Source: Candidatus Latescibacterota bacterium | GTDB lineage: Bacteria; Latescibacterota; UBA2968; GCA-2709665 | Reading direction: 5' to 3' | Assembly (NCBI GenBank): GCA_965219995.1 | Contig: CBDCOX010000002.1 | Location: 1,088,001-1,152,000 of the forward strand | DNA: 64,000 nt | Shown here: positions 28,040 to 38,641 of the stretch, one piece after another | Layout of the letters: the number at the start of each line of letters is the position of its first letter | How positions within the stretch are numbered: the first letter of the stretch is position 1 | The notes under the pieces: generated by a model | Database searches by the model: none | Told to the model about the DNA's origin: nothing | Seen by the model: the letters and a program-made list of their open reading frames with translations, nothing else | Made by a program: the position numbers and the translations under genes

Positions 28040-29668
28040 TCATATTCCGATCGCATAGCCGTCCCGTCTTGGGTCCGCCCCCCCCATCAGTGCGCCGCTT
28101 TCCGGGTCTACGGCAATTCCCTGCGCCCCGCCGGTTACGTGCGAAAACGCGTCGACAACGTCGATCTGATGTCCGCGGCGAATCAGGCCGGCCCGGATTT
28201 CTTCAGGTACGCGGGACTCCATATAGACACGGGTACCGGCGTGTTGAAAGCGGAACCTGGGAGCCTCGATTGCCGCCTGAATGTTCATTCCGTAGTCCAG
28301 GAGATTGGTCGTGAACTGCGTGGTCGTCTGTTGAATTCCCCAGCTTCCCGGCGTACCAAGTGCCGCGACGAGCCTGCTGTCTTTGAACACCTGACATGGC
28401 GAAAGACACATATCGATTTTCTTATGCGGCTCGATGCGATTGGGGCTGCCGGGCACCGTATCCGCCCATTTGATGAAATTGTTCAGGAACATCCCCGTGT
28501 TTCCGATGATTTCCCCGGACCCGAACCCGGATCCCAGACTCTGCGTTACCGCCACCGCGTTTCCCGCCTCGTCGGCTACGTCGAAGTGGGTCGTGCATTC
28601 GTTAAGCCAGTCGCCCGGCTGTCCCGGGGCAATCTCACCGGGGAGACCGACCGCCGCGAAATATTCACCACGGTTTACCGTGGCCCGTTCGCCGATGAGC
28701 CCCCTGCGTTCGTTCGCGTACGCCTTTGAAAGCAATCCGTCCGCCGGTGCTTCCGGCGCCGCCGCGAAAGCCACGCGATCGGCATTGCCCAGCTTCAGGA
28801 CCTCGATAAAGAGATGGAGCGCCTCCTCCGAATGATGGCCCAAATCCTTCAGATCATATCCCTCCAGCATATTCAACGCCTGCAGGATGTGAAATCCTGC
28901 GCTTGGCAGCGGCGGGCAGAACACCCGGAATCCGCGGTAGGGTGTTGAAATCGCGTCCTCCCATTCAACCTCGAAATCCGCAAGGTCTCTCGTGGAAAGC
29001 AGCCCGCCCCCGCCCTGCACATATCCGGCAATCTCCGATCCGAGATCTCCGCTGTAGAACGCCTCCGCGCCGCCTTCAACCACCCTCCTCAGTGTGCGGC
29101 CCAGATCGCCCTGGATCAGGATATCCCCCGCACGAGGCGCCCGTCCACGGCTCAGTATCACCTCGGCGCCCGTAGGCCGCATTCGGGGCACGGCGTCGTG
29201 GATGAATCCGGCATTCTTGACCGTCGCCGCGAATCCGTTTTCCGCCAGTTCGATTGCCGGGCCGAACACGGTCGCCCGGTCCATCGTACCGTATTTTTCA
29301 AGAAGCTCGAGCCAGCCTCCGCAGGCGCCCGGAACCAGACAGGACATAACGCCGCCTTCCTGAAAATCCGGTGACGCGAAGGCCTCGGAGGTGGCGTCGT
29401 GAGGGGTGCGCCCGCAATAATCCAGGACGCGTACGCGGTCTTCCGCGGCGGAATAGATGAGCGCGTATCCAACCCCTGCGATACCCGACATATAGGGTTC
29501 GACGACATTCAGCGTCGCCGCGACAGCCACCGCGGCGTCGAATGCATTGCCATGCTCGAGGAGCACGCGAATCCCGGCCAGGCTTGCCAGGGGATGGGCG
29601 CTGGCAACCATTCCCCGGGTGCCCGTCACCGTGGACCGATGTACCGTTCCGGCAGATGCAAAAGCCAT
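28040..29668 (-). CDS. ggt: Gamma-glutamyltransferase family protein
   Basis: GMVASAHPLAS, GNAFDAAVA, TTHFDVAD (Thr nucleophile), GGADPRRDG. Confidence 0.9.
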   Translation of the reverse strand: MAFASAGTVHRSTVTGTRGMVASAHPLASLAGIRVLLEHGNAFDAAVAVAATLNVVEPYMSGIAGVGYALIYSAAEDRVRVLDYCGRTPHDATSEAFASPDFQEGGVMSCLVPGACGGWLELLEKYGTMDRATVFGPAIELAENGFAATVKNAGFIHDAVPRMRPTGAEVILSRGRAPRAGDILIQGDLGRTLRRVVEGGAEAFYSGDLGSEIAGYVQGGGGLLSTRDLADFEVEWEDAISTPYRGFRVFCPPLPSAGFHILQALNMLEGYDLKDLGHHSEEALHLFIEVLKLGNADRVAFAAAPEAPADGLLSKAYANERRGLIGERATVNRGEYFAAVGLPGEIAPGQPGDWLNECTTHFDVADEAGNAVAVTQSLGSGFGSGEIIGNTGMFLNNFIKWADTVPGSPNRIEPHKKIDMCLSPCQVFKDSRLVAALGTPGSWGIQQTTTQFTTNLLDYGMNIQAAIEAPRFRFQHAGTRVYMESRVPEEIRAGLIRRGHQIDVVDAFSHVTGGAQGIAVDPESGALMGGADPRRDGYAIGI

Positions 29669-30009
29669 CGATTCAATTCCTCAACGAGAGCACCCCCGGC
29701 TCGGGATCAGCGGGGGGCCTGTGGCACCGTTGCCGTTGTCGTGCGCAAAGGGACGTCTTCAGTGGAATTCATCACCCGGTAATCCGCATGGATTCCGAAC
29801 CCGCGCCAGGGTAAGGGATCAGGTAATTCCACAACTCCTGCGCATGCGGAAGATAGGCTATGGCGGATGGCAAGTCAATGCCCGTTTCCCTCGCCCGTCC
29901 GGGCTCGTCAGCCACGTTTCTGCTTGACAACGCAGGCCGATCATGGCTTTTTATACGACTCCCGAACGAACGCCCCTGCCAGCGTTTTATAATTGCCGGA
30001 AAAACCGTC

Positions 30010-31041
30010 ATGAATCGAGAACTTCCCATCATACAGACCAGCGTGATCGGAAGCTACGCGCTGCCAGGCTGGTTCTGGACAGCCGTGGACCAGATCGAAA
30101 AAGGCGAATACGGCCCCACCGACGCTCGTGAGACCTACGAAGACGCCACGCACCTCGCCATGCTGGATCAGAAAAGAGCGGGCGTGGACCTGATTACCGA
30201 CGGCGAGATGCGGCGCTGGTTTTTCATCCAGAGCTTCTACCGCCGGTTCAGCGGCCTTGCGTCACGACCCACGTTGCGGCGCACGGGCGTTTACGGATAC
30301 GACAGCGTACCGCGCTGGTGGCCGGAAGAACGCATCAGCGTGCCCGATGGTCTTGGAATCGTCGAGGAGTTTCAATTCGCCAGGTCGGTGACCGATCATC
30401 CGTTAAAGGCCACCTGCCCGGGACCGTTGACGCTTACCATACACATCCAGTTGAAAGACGACCACATCTACAAGGACCGGATCGAACTCGCGTACGAGTT
30501 CGCGGGCGTGGTAAACCATGAATTGAAGCGCCTCGCCGCGGCCGGGGCGGAGTTCATCCAGTTGGACGAACCCTCGTTTTCCATTGTGCCCGGAGACGCC
30601 GGCAGCTGGATCGACCTGTTCAACGAAACCGTAAAGGGCGTTGACGCGAAGATCGGACTGCATATCTGTTTCGGAAACCTCGGCAGCCGCCCGAGGGGCA
30701 AACGCCGGTACGACTGGTTGATGGACGATATCCAGCGGGCCGATGCGCAACAGATTTCGCTGGAATTCGCCAATCGCGAACTCGCGGAACTGGAACTCTG
30801 CGGGGAAATCGCGAAGGAGAAAGAGGTCGCCGCGGGCCTGGTCGACGTGAAGTCATTTTACATTGAAACCCCCGACGACGTCGCTGAGCGGGTGCGCATG
30901 GCGCTTCAGCACGTCCCGCCGGAAAAACTCACCGTCACACCCGATTGCGGTTTCTTCCAGCTGCCCAGGTGGCTGGCCTATCAGAAACTCCGGAATATGG
31001 TCAAGGGCGTGGAGATTGTTCGCGGAGAATTGACGGGATAG
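30010..31041 (+). CDS. Half-length cobalamin-independent methionine synthase-like protein (MetE C-terminal catalytic domain only)
   Basis: IGSYALP, AGVDLITDGEMRR, IQLDEP, Zn ligands HICFGN / LEFA / PDCG; about 343 aa. Confidence 0.88.
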   Translation: MNRELPIIQTSVIGSYALPGWFWTAVDQIEKGEYGPTDARETYEDATHLAMLDQKRAGVDLITDGEMRRWFFIQSFYRRFSGLASRPTLRRTGVYGYDSVPRWWPEERISVPDGLGIVEEFQFARSVTDHPLKATCPGPLTLTIHIQLKDDHIYKDRIELAYEFAGVVNHELKRLAAAGAEFIQLDEPSFSIVPGDAGSWIDLFNETVKGVDAKIGLHICFGNLGSRPRGKRRYDWLMDDIQRADAQQISLEFANRELAELELCGEIAKEKEVAAGLVDVKSFYIETPDDVAERVRMALQHVPPEKLTVTPDCGFFQLPRWLAYQKLRNMVKGVEIVRGELTG

Positions 31042-31089
31042 GCATTCCGAACCGAATGCAACGGCGCCTTCGGTGGTCAACGTCCGGCG

Positions 31090-32262
31090 TTGTCTGAAAT
31101 ACTCATTCCGACACGTGAACGCGTAGAGGAACTCGAAATGGATGTCGTAGAGATTACGGCCGACCTGGTTTCATACGACTCGGCCAGCCAGAACAGCAAT
31201 ACACCGGTGTCCGAGGCGATTGCCAGATGGCTGCACAAGGCCGGACTGTCGGTCGAGCGCATCGATTACACGGACCGGGACGGCACGCCCAAGACAAACG
31301 TCGTCGGGAAGAAAGGCAAGGGTCAGGGGGGCCTCGCCCTTCTCGCCCATTCAGACGTGGTTCCCGCCGAAGGATGGGCTTCCGATCCGTTCAAGCTCAG
31401 GGACAGACAGGGCAAACTCTACGGACGAGGCAGTGCCGACATGAAGGGGTCGGTCGCCTGTATGATCGGAGCTGCCAACGCCTTCACCGAACAGGAACTC
31501 AAGCTGCCGGTCTACGTGATTGTCACCGCCGACGAAGAAACCGACTGCGGCGGCGCCAGGGCCGTCGCGCTGAGATCGAAGACGCTCAAATCGTCCAAAG
31601 TCAGGTATGGAATCGTCGGCGAGCCCACGCTCCTGGACGTGGTCTACGCCCACAAGGGCTCGCTCAAATTCGAAGCCACGGCAAAGGGAAAAGCGGCTCA
31701 CAGCAGCACCGGCAAAGGCGTGAACGCCAACCACATTCTCATCCCGTTCCTGAACGACGTTGTCAGGCTCGACCAATCGCTGCGTACCGACCCGCGATAT
31801 CGGAACGAGGCGTTCGATCCACCGCACGGGACGCTGAATGTCGTCTTTTCGGATGGGGATACGGCGGCGAATGTCACGGCGCCGGTCAGCCGCGCCACCA
31901 TCAACTGCCGACCGATGCCGGGCCAGAACTGGAAGCCCGTTATCAATCGCGTGACGAGAATGGCAGAAAAACACGGCGTCCAGATCAAGCTGCCGAAGAC
32001 CCTGGATCCGCTCAGCACCCGGTTGGATTCTCCCATTGTGCGGGAGGCGCTGCAAGTCACCGGAAAGAGAAAACCCAGGACCGTCGCCTACGGAACCGAC
32101 GGCATGGTATTCGGAAAGACGATGGAACTGGTGGTCATGGGGCCCGGCAACATACAGCAGGCACACACCGTGGATGAATGGATCGCCAGGGATCAACTGG
32201 AACAGGGTCTGGACGTATTTACGAAAATGGTACATCGTTTCTGCATAGAAAACCCCGTCTGA
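31090..32262 (+). CDS. M20/ArgE-family metallo-amidohydrolase (acetylornithine deacetylase-like)
   Basis: AHSDVVP, YGRGSADMKG, ADEE, GEPT, AHTVDE. Confidence 0.88.
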   Translation: MSEILIPTRERVEELEMDVVEITADLVSYDSASQNSNTPVSEAIARWLHKAGLSVERIDYTDRDGTPKTNVVGKKGKGQGGLALLAHSDVVPAEGWASDPFKLRDRQGKLYGRGSADMKGSVACMIGAANAFTEQELKLPVYVIVTADEETDCGGARAVALRSKTLKSSKVRYGIVGEPTLLDVVYAHKGSLKFEATAKGKAAHSSTGKGVNANHILIPFLNDVVRLDQSLRTDPRYRNEAFDPPHGTLNVVFSDGDTAANVTAPVSRATINCRPMPGQNWKPVINRVTRMAEKHGVQIKLPKTLDPLSTRLDSPIVREALQVTGKRKPRTVAYGTDGMVFGKTMELVVMGPGNIQQAHTVDEWIARDQLEQGLDVFTKMVHRFCIENPV

Positions 32263-32384
32263 CGTTATAGCGACACGTGGAAGACCGGATACGACGCCAG
32301 TCGCCGGTCCATGAGGCACGCAGGTCTCGGTTTTCGCATCGAAGCGGAGGCCGTTTCTCTCGACCGAGGCGAGGAGGACATTGG

Positions 32385-32945
32385 ATGTTCAAGAACCTGA
32401 CCCGCGCTGTGCTCATCGGATTGTCAATGACCGTGACCTTCGGTTGCGCAGACGAGAATCTGTACCAGTTCGGACTGCGAGGCAAGTGGCAGCTGGAAAG
32501 TCGACAGCTGCCCGACGGGACGGTACTCGCGCCGCCCTCCGTGGGCGGACACTACGAGTGGTATCCGACGGGCAAGACAACGGCACACGTAACCGCCTCA
32601 ATCTCCCTCGGCCCGGACCGGATTCTGGTATCGGGATATACGTACAGCTTTCAATCGGCAGACGTGGCAGCACAATCCTTTACGCGGCGGGAATACCTGA
32701 ATATAGGCGGCGGATATGGTACGTCGCCCGGGAAGACACACGAATCGTTGGAACTCTCGACGTCCGGGCAGGTCATCGCGAACGGCAGCCGCGTGACCCT
32801 TGAACACGCGAGCGGTCCCTCCCAGGTTTACGAAGACATCGGCGCCGAGGGATTCGATAGGGTCTTCTTCAAGGTCAGGTTCGAGGACGGAACGACCGAC
32901 ACATGGCGACGCTTCGCGGACCAGCCGGGCGTTCTGCCGAAGTAA
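32385..32945 (+). CDS. Hypothetical lipoprotein (lipocalin-like GxW motif)
   Basis: GGAGG RBS, MFKNLTRAVLIGLSMTVTFG-C lipobox, LRGKWQLES. Confidence 0.7.
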   Translation: MFKNLTRAVLIGLSMTVTFGCADENLYQFGLRGKWQLESRQLPDGTVLAPPSVGGHYEWYPTGKTTAHVTASISLGPDRILVSGYTYSFQSADVAAQSFTRREYLNIGGGYGTSPGKTHESLELSTSGQVIANGSRVTLEHASGPSQVYEDIGAEGFDRVFFKVRFEDGTTDTWRRFADQPGVLPK

Positions 32946-32973
32946 TCCCGCCACATAGCCTGACGGACCGGAC

Positions 32974-33018
32974 GCTTCAGGGGCGCGGTGAATGTTTCCG
33001 CGCCCCTGAGGCTTTTTT
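32974..33018 (+). terminator. Rho-independent terminator
   Basis: GCTTCAGGGGCGCGG-loop-CCGCGCCCCTGAGGC followed by TTTTTT. Confidence 0.85.
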
Positions 33019-33029
33019 GAGACGAGGCG

Positions 33030-34574
33030 GTGATGGACAGGATGTTGCTGGGAAATATCCTGCTTAGAAACGCTCGCGACCCCGGACTGAACGGAAAGAC
33101 GGCCATCATCTTCGGCAACCGCGCGCTGACTTACGGCGAACTGAACGAGAAGAGCAATCGCGTTGCCAACGGCCTTCTGGCACGTGGCGTCCGGAAAGGC
33201 GATCGGATCGGCGTGCTGAGCAGAAACTCCGACGCTTACGTAGCCGTGTACTTCGCACTGGCCAAGCTTGGCGCCATTATGGTCCCGGTCAATTTCTGGT
33301 ATCGCAGCCGGGAAATCCGATATACGCTTCGACAGTCCGCCGCCCGCGGGCTGATCTATCAGAACCGCTTCGCGGACGTCGTCGCCGGGGTCGGGGACCT
33401 GCACGGGCTGGAATGGACGCTGACCGTCGGCGACAGTCACGGCAACCGGCTGGAGGACGTGGCGGCCGGATCCCCGTCATGCGAGCCCGGAGTCGAACTC
33501 GACGAGAACGATCCGCATATCATCCTGTACACGAGTGGCACGACGGGGTTTCCCAAGGGTGCGGTTTTCTCGCACAAGAGCCATTATCTTCAGGCCCTCT
33601 CTCTCGCCATGTCGACAGGAGGAAAAGGTGACGACGTCGGCCTCGTCGTCTACCCGCTCTTCCACACCGGCGGGCCGGACTGCCTGGTGCTTCCACACTT
33701 TCTGACAGGCGCCACCCTCGTCATCCTGGACGGCGCGGATCCCGATGCCATTCTTTCTGCCACCGCGCTGCACAGGGCAACCAACATTTTCTGCGTTCCG
33801 ACGGTCTGGCGCTGGATCCTTGCACACCAGCAGCGTCGAAAGGTCGACGTCACTTCGGTCCGTCGCTGTCTTGGGTCGTCGGATACATTCCCAAAGGCGC
33901 TGCTCGAAGAAATTATGGCCACGTTCGAATCCGACGTCTACGTTACGTACGGGCTTACCGAGGCCGGCTGCATCCTGACGGTCTGCCGCCTGACGGCAAA
34001 CGACCTCCGCAAACTCGGTTCGGTGGGCAGGCCCATGCCGTCGGTCGAACTCAACGTGCTGGATCCATCCGGCGATCCGGTACCTCCAGGGGAAGTGGGA
34101 GAGGTTGTCGCGAAGACGGCGTCTGCAATGCTCGAATACTGGAACATGCCGGCAAAAACAGCGGAGGCGCTGAAAGACGGCTGGCTGCACACGGGAGATC
34201 TGGGCAAGGTAGACGGCGACGGCTTTCTCTACCTGTCCGGCCGGTCGAAGGATATGATCATCAGCGGAGGGGAGAATATCTATCCGCTGGAAATCGAACG
34301 CCTGTTGAGAGAACACCCGAAAATACGCGATGCCGCCGTGGTTGGTATCCCCGACAGGGAATGGGGCGAGTCCGTGCTGGCGGCGGTTGTCCCGAGTGAC
34401 GGCGAAGAACTCACACCCGGCGAGGTCGCCGCGTACGTACGTGAACACCTGGCGGGATTCAAGAAACCCAGATGGGTGGAAATCCTGGGTGAACTGCCGG
34501 TAACCACGGCCACGGGGAAAGTGCGGAAAGCTGCACTGAGAGAACGGTTTCAACCGAAATACGGCAACGTGTGA
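33030..34574 (+). CDS. Acyl-CoA synthetase (class I adenylate-forming enzyme)
   Basis: YTSGTTGFPKG, YGLTEAG, WLHTGDLG, KDMIISGGENIYP, TGKV. Confidence 0.93.
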   Translation: MMDRMLLGNILLRNARDPGLNGKTAIIFGNRALTYGELNEKSNRVANGLLARGVRKGDRIGVLSRNSDAYVAVYFALAKLGAIMVPVNFWYRSREIRYTLRQSAARGLIYQNRFADVVAGVGDLHGLEWTLTVGDSHGNRLEDVAAGSPSCEPGVELDENDPHIILYTSGTTGFPKGAVFSHKSHYLQALSLAMSTGGKGDDVGLVVYPLFHTGGPDCLVLPHFLTGATLVILDGADPDAILSATALHRATNIFCVPTVWRWILAHQQRRKVDVTSVRRCLGSSDTFPKALLEEIMATFESDVYVTYGLTEAGCILTVCRLTANDLRKLGSVGRPMPSVELNVLDPSGDPVPPGEVGEVVAKTASAMLEYWNMPAKTAEALKDGWLHTGDLGKVDGDGFLYLSGRSKDMIISGGENIYPLEIERLLREHPKIRDAAVVGIPDREWGESVLAAVVPSDGEELTPGEVAAYVREHLAGFKKPRWVEILGELPVTTATGKVRKAALRERFQPKYGNV

Positions 34575-34580
34575 GGCGTA

Positions 34581-35483
34581 TCAGCGATCCTGAGGGATCC
34601 TCGTACCACTCAGATGTTCAGCGGCTTTGCAGACCGCGGAAAAATCCAGGCTGCCCGCGCCAAGACCGCTGGCGGCAGCGTACATCTGATAAGTCGCCGC
34701 CCCGATCGGCATCGGCACGTTCAATGCCTTGCCGAGATCCACGCCGATCGCCAGGTCTTTCTTCATCAGATCCAGCATAAATCCGGGATCGAAGACATCC
34801 GACAGCAGGAAGTCCGATACACGGATCTGAAACAACGTCGAGTTGGCCGAACTCACACTGATGACCTGGCGCATCACTTCTGGGTCGGCACCAGCTCTGA
34901 TACCGAGGATCAACCCCTCGGCGATGGCCGCCATGTTGATGCCGCCGATCAGCTGATTGACGATCTTTACGGTCTGTCCCACGCCCACGGACCCTACGTG
35001 GAAGATGTTTTCCTCGTTGCCCATTGCGTTGAACAACCCCCGGCACCGATCGAAGTCCTTCGCTTCGCCACCGGCGATGATCGTCAATGTGCCGTTGATC
35101 GCTCCCGTATCTCCCCCGCTCACGGGTGCATCCATCACCGCGACGTTCTTTGGACCCGCCTTCTCCGCAATCTCCCTGATCGTGAGTGGCGAAATGGTAC
35201 TCATATCCACGATGAGGCTGCCTTCGGATGCGCCCTGCAGCACGCCTTCGTCGCCGAGGATCACTTCCCGCACTTCCGGATCCGCGGTAACGATCGTAAT
35301 CACGATGTCCGTTGCTTCGGCCACGGCCGCGGGAGACTCGACCGCACTCGCCCCCAACCCCTCCATTTCGGCAATGACTTCCGGCCGGCGCGCGTAGATT
35401 GTGAGATCGTACCCGGCCTCGATGAGATTGATCGCCATTGGTTTGCCCATGATACCCAGTCCGATAAACCCGACTTTCTCCAT
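34581..35483 (-). CDS. Beta-hydroxyacid dehydrogenase (GarR/GlxR/MmsB family)
   Basis: GFIGLGIMGKPMA, DMSTI, DAPVSGG, GQTVKIVNQ, KDL. Confidence 0.92.
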   Translation of the reverse strand: MEKVGFIGLGIMGKPMAINLIEAGYDLTIYARRPEVIAEMEGLGASAVESPAAVAEATDIVITIVTADPEVREVILGDEGVLQGASEGSLIVDMSTISPLTIREIAEKAGPKNVAVMDAPVSGGDTGAINGTLTIIAGGEAKDFDRCRGLFNAMGNEENIFHVGSVGVGQTVKIVNQLIGGINMAAIAEGLILGIRAGADPEVMRQVISVSSANSTLFQIRVSDFLLSDVFDPGFMLDLMKKDLAIGVDLGKALNVPMPIGAATYQMYAAASGLGAGSLDFSAVCKAAEHLSGTRIPQDR

Positions 35484-35590
35484 CTGGACCTCCTCTTGTT
35501 TATGTCAGTCAGGACCGCTGACCGGCGTCACTGAATTCTCCGACGAGATTCGGAAACGACGGGCCGAAGCTCGTCAGCGGCCCCTTCCGG

Positions 35591-36670
35591 TCAATCGCTT
35601 TGGACGGGACGTGTCTGCAGGACCATCAGTTGACCCACGGGGTTTTCGACAGCCCCCAGCGGCCGCTGCTTCTCCTCCGACCAGATGTCGTTTGCCGTAA
35701 TGTAGAGGTGCCCGCCCGCTATCTTGCTGTAACACATCTGGGGATATCGACCTTGCGAATCGTCGGGAAGCAGCAGGTCGAAGGTATCGCTTTCCGGCTG
35801 ATAGGCGAGGAACCGGTCCATAAAGTGGTAGGGAAACCCGTCCACACCGGTGTACGGATCGTCTTTCAGCGGAATATACGTTCCGGTCGCCTCGTCGTAT
35901 CTGAATCCTGAATCGTACGTGCTCAATGTGTTCAACTGCCACCCCCGGTAACAGACCCCGCCGCCAATAAACCCGAAATCCTCCTTCCATCCGGGCACCG
36001 CCCGCTCATACACCTCTCCCGTCTGCCGGTCCAGCCGGAACAGACGACCCTCCCTGTAATTCACGACATATCGTTCCGCCGGCTCACCGGGCCGTGAGGG
36101 CGGAATCGAATCGGAGTCTTCCGCCACGAAGCGTTGCGATTCAGGATCCCAGTAGACACGGCGCGTCAACCGTTCAGTACCCGGAACGCTGAAGACTTCC
36201 AGCCTGTCGGGCCAATCCACGTCCACAATCGATGGCAGCACGCCGGGCTCCGGGTACGGTCTTATCGCCCCACGGTCCTCCTCGACGCGCCAGATTACCA
36301 GACAAGGCCTGGACCGTTCCGGCATATACAGCAGGTTCCGCGCCTTATCCGCATGGCCGTACCAGAGATTCGCCTCGGGAAACGGCTTGTCGACCTGGTA
36401 CACGCGTTCCTCCGCAACCTCGAATACCGTCAGTTTCTCGTTCGTCTGCGGAAGCACATAGACCCTGCCGCCGGCGCACAGACACTGGCTTCCTCCATGT
36501 TCTTCGGGAATCGAAATCGTGTCGATCCGCCCGGATTCCGGCTGGTACCGGTGGAGGAAGGGCAGACTGCCCGTAAACCAGAGGGCGCCGTAGTCATCGT
36601 CGTCAATCCCGTACACCCGGGTATTCTTCGCGTCGACCCAGACGGGATACATCCTCGGCAACTCAGGCAT
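35591..36670 (-). CDS. Hypothetical protein, possible beta-propeller
   Basis: GAGGAG RBS; repeated aromatic beta-strand blades (RYQPESGRI, YWDPESQRF, RLDRQTGEV, RYDEATGTY, AYQPESDTF). Confidence 0.65.
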   Translation of the reverse strand: MPELPRMYPVWVDAKNTRVYGIDDDDYGALWFTGSLPFLHRYQPESGRIDTISIPEEHGGSQCLCAGGRVYVLPQTNEKLTVFEVAEERVYQVDKPFPEANLWYGHADKARNLLYMPERSRPCLVIWRVEEDRGAIRPYPEPGVLPSIVDVDWPDRLEVFSVPGTERLTRRVYWDPESQRFVAEDSDSIPPSRPGEPAERYVVNYREGRLFRLDRQTGEVYERAVPGWKEDFGFIGGGVCYRGWQLNTLSTYDSGFRYDEATGTYIPLKDDPYTGVDGFPYHFMDRFLAYQPESDTFDLLLPDDSQGRYPQMCYSKIAGGHLYITANDIWSEEKQRPLGAVENPVGQLMVLQTRPVQSD

Positions 36671-36790
36671 CTCTCCTCCTCATCCAGCGGATAACGAGTA
36701 CGGCAGGACCCCGGACGCAGACCCCCGCCTGCATGGGGGACGGGAGATTCCTGAAGGCGCAACAGGCAACCCGACATTCATGGATTCGGC

Positions 36791-36818
36791 TTGACTTTCG
36801 TGTATTAGTAGGTACCAT
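36791..36818 (+). promoter_or_regulatory. Putative sigma70 promoter for the FGGY kinase gene
   Basis: TTGACT-N16-TACCAT in an AT-rich divergent gap. Confidence 0.45.
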
Positions 36819-36923
36819 TGGGCCGTCTGTCAACGTGAATTTCCACGCCGCGATCATGGTGGTCCGGAGTCTGCCGACCGGGGATTCAGCGGCAACCGGT
36901 CCGGCTTTGCGCTTAACAGAATC

Positions 36924-38453
36924 ATGTCCCAACCTCCACTTCTGGCCGGAATCGACGTTGGCACCACGAACGTCAAGGCGCTTGTCTTTGACACCGCCGG
37001 CCGTGTTCAGGCCTGCGCCAGCGCTCCGACACCTACACATCACCCTCAGCCCGGCTGGGCCTACCACAAACCGGATGAATTGTGGTCGTGCGCGATACGT
37101 GCGCTTCGGAACGCTGTGTCACAACTGGACTCGGCCGACCCGATCTCCAGCATCGCCGTTTCGAGTATGGCCGAATCGGGCGTACCTCTCGACGCGGAAG
37201 ACCAACCTGCCGACGACATCATCGCCTGGTTCGACGGGCGGACGTCACGCCAGGCCGAGTGGCTGAAAAGGACCGTCGGCGGCGAGCGAATCTACGGCAT
37301 TACGGGATTGCCTGTAAAGCCCATCTTCGGTCTCTGCAAAGTACTCTGGTTTAAGGAAAACAACCCGGAGGGCTTCAGGAAAACCGTCTCGTGGCTGAAC
37401 GTTGCGGACTACATCGCGTTTCGACTGTGCGGCCATAAGGCGACCGACTATTCCCTTGCTTCGCGGATGCTTGCCTTCGACCTCAAGGCGCTGGATTGGC
37501 ATCCCGGTCTGCTGGACGAAGCAGGGATTTCTCCGGGTCTGTTTGCGCAGGCACTGCCCTCCGGCACGGCGCTGGGCCGCATCCTGCCCGAAATCGCTCG
37601 CTCGACCGGACTCCCTCCTCACGTACAGGTCGCGACCGGCGGACACGACCACATATGCGGTGCACTCGCCGCCGGCGCCACCGAACCGGATACGCTCCTC
37701 AATTCCCTGGGCACAGCGGAAGCGCTCTGTATCACGAGCCGGCACCCCTTGCTCAGCGACCGGATCGCGGAACAGGGATACACGACCGGCGCCCACGTGG
37801 CAACGGGGAGATTCTACGTCCTCGGCAGTATCTATACGTCAGGCGCGGCCGTCGAGTGGATCCGCGGCCTCGCAGGCCGAAATGTGGAATACGGTACCCT
37901 CGTTTCCGAAGCTGAATCGGTGCCGCCCGGAAGCCTGGGCGTGCACTTCCAGCCGCACCTGCGGCTGGGAAATCCTCCGCACAACGATCCCGCGTCGCGA
38001 GCCGCGTTTATCGGCCTCACCGCGGACGCCACCCGGGGGACTCTGTTTCGCGCCGTGCTCGAGGGGTTGGCCTACGAATCCAGGCTCTGCCTGGAGGCCA
38101 TCGTGTCGCATCCGGGAATCTGCAGGCCGGAACGTATTGTGGCCATCGGCGGGAACACCCGCAACCGGCTGCTCATGCAGATCAAGAGTTCGGTGTTCAA
38201 TCAGAGGATCTCGATCGCCGAGGTGGAGGAATCCGTTGCCCTGGGCGCGGCGGTTCTGGGGGGCCTCGGCGCCGGCGTTTACTCAGACGCTGACGCCGCG
38301 TTGAAGGCACTGAGATACGACCGTTGGACAGTCGACCCCGACGCTGAGCAGGCGGCGGTCTACGAGTCTGCATTTCGGTCCGTATACAGGGAGATCTTTC
38401 CCTCACTCGAGTCGCTGCACCACAGGGCAGGAGACATCCGGAATACAAACTGA
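36924..38453 (+). CDS. FGGY-family carbohydrate kinase
   Basis: GIDVGTTNVKA, AWFDGR, TDYSLASR, GGHDH, SLGTAE, AVLEG, ALGAA. Confidence 0.92.
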   Translation: MSQPPLLAGIDVGTTNVKALVFDTAGRVQACASAPTPTHHPQPGWAYHKPDELWSCAIRALRNAVSQLDSADPISSIAVSSMAESGVPLDAEDQPADDIIAWFDGRTSRQAEWLKRTVGGERIYGITGLPVKPIFGLCKVLWFKENNPEGFRKTVSWLNVADYIAFRLCGHKATDYSLASRMLAFDLKALDWHPGLLDEAGISPGLFAQALPSGTALGRILPEIARSTGLPPHVQVATGGHDHICGALAAGATEPDTLLNSLGTAEALCITSRHPLLSDRIAEQGYTTGAHVATGRFYVLGSIYTSGAAVEWIRGLAGRNVEYGTLVSEAESVPPGSLGVHFQPHLRLGNPPHNDPASRAAFIGLTADATRGTLFRAVLEGLAYESRLCLEAIVSHPGICRPERIVAIGGNTRNRLLMQIKSSVFNQRISIAEVEESVALGAAVLGGLGAGVYSDADAALKALRYDRWTVDPDAEQAAVYESAFRSVYREIFPSLESLHHRAGDIRNTN

Positions 38454-38641
38454 ATGGAAGGGAATCTGCCTGCGGGTCCTGCGCCCGCGGATGGGACGCG
38501 AACGACCGGCCTGCAAACCTGCGCGGCACATGACTGCGCTTACGGCGGCGTCACTTCCGGATCCGGCAAACGACCTGTCGTTCCGGTATCGACCCGGTCC
38601 AGTCAACGATCTTATTGTACAGAAATCAACCGGGAGTCCAA

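Noticed and set aside
29669-30009. Possible SAM or cobalamin riboswitch upstream of the MetE-like gene
   Set aside because: No SAM-I (AUCxAGAG...GCAACC) or B12-box consensus is visible on either strand.
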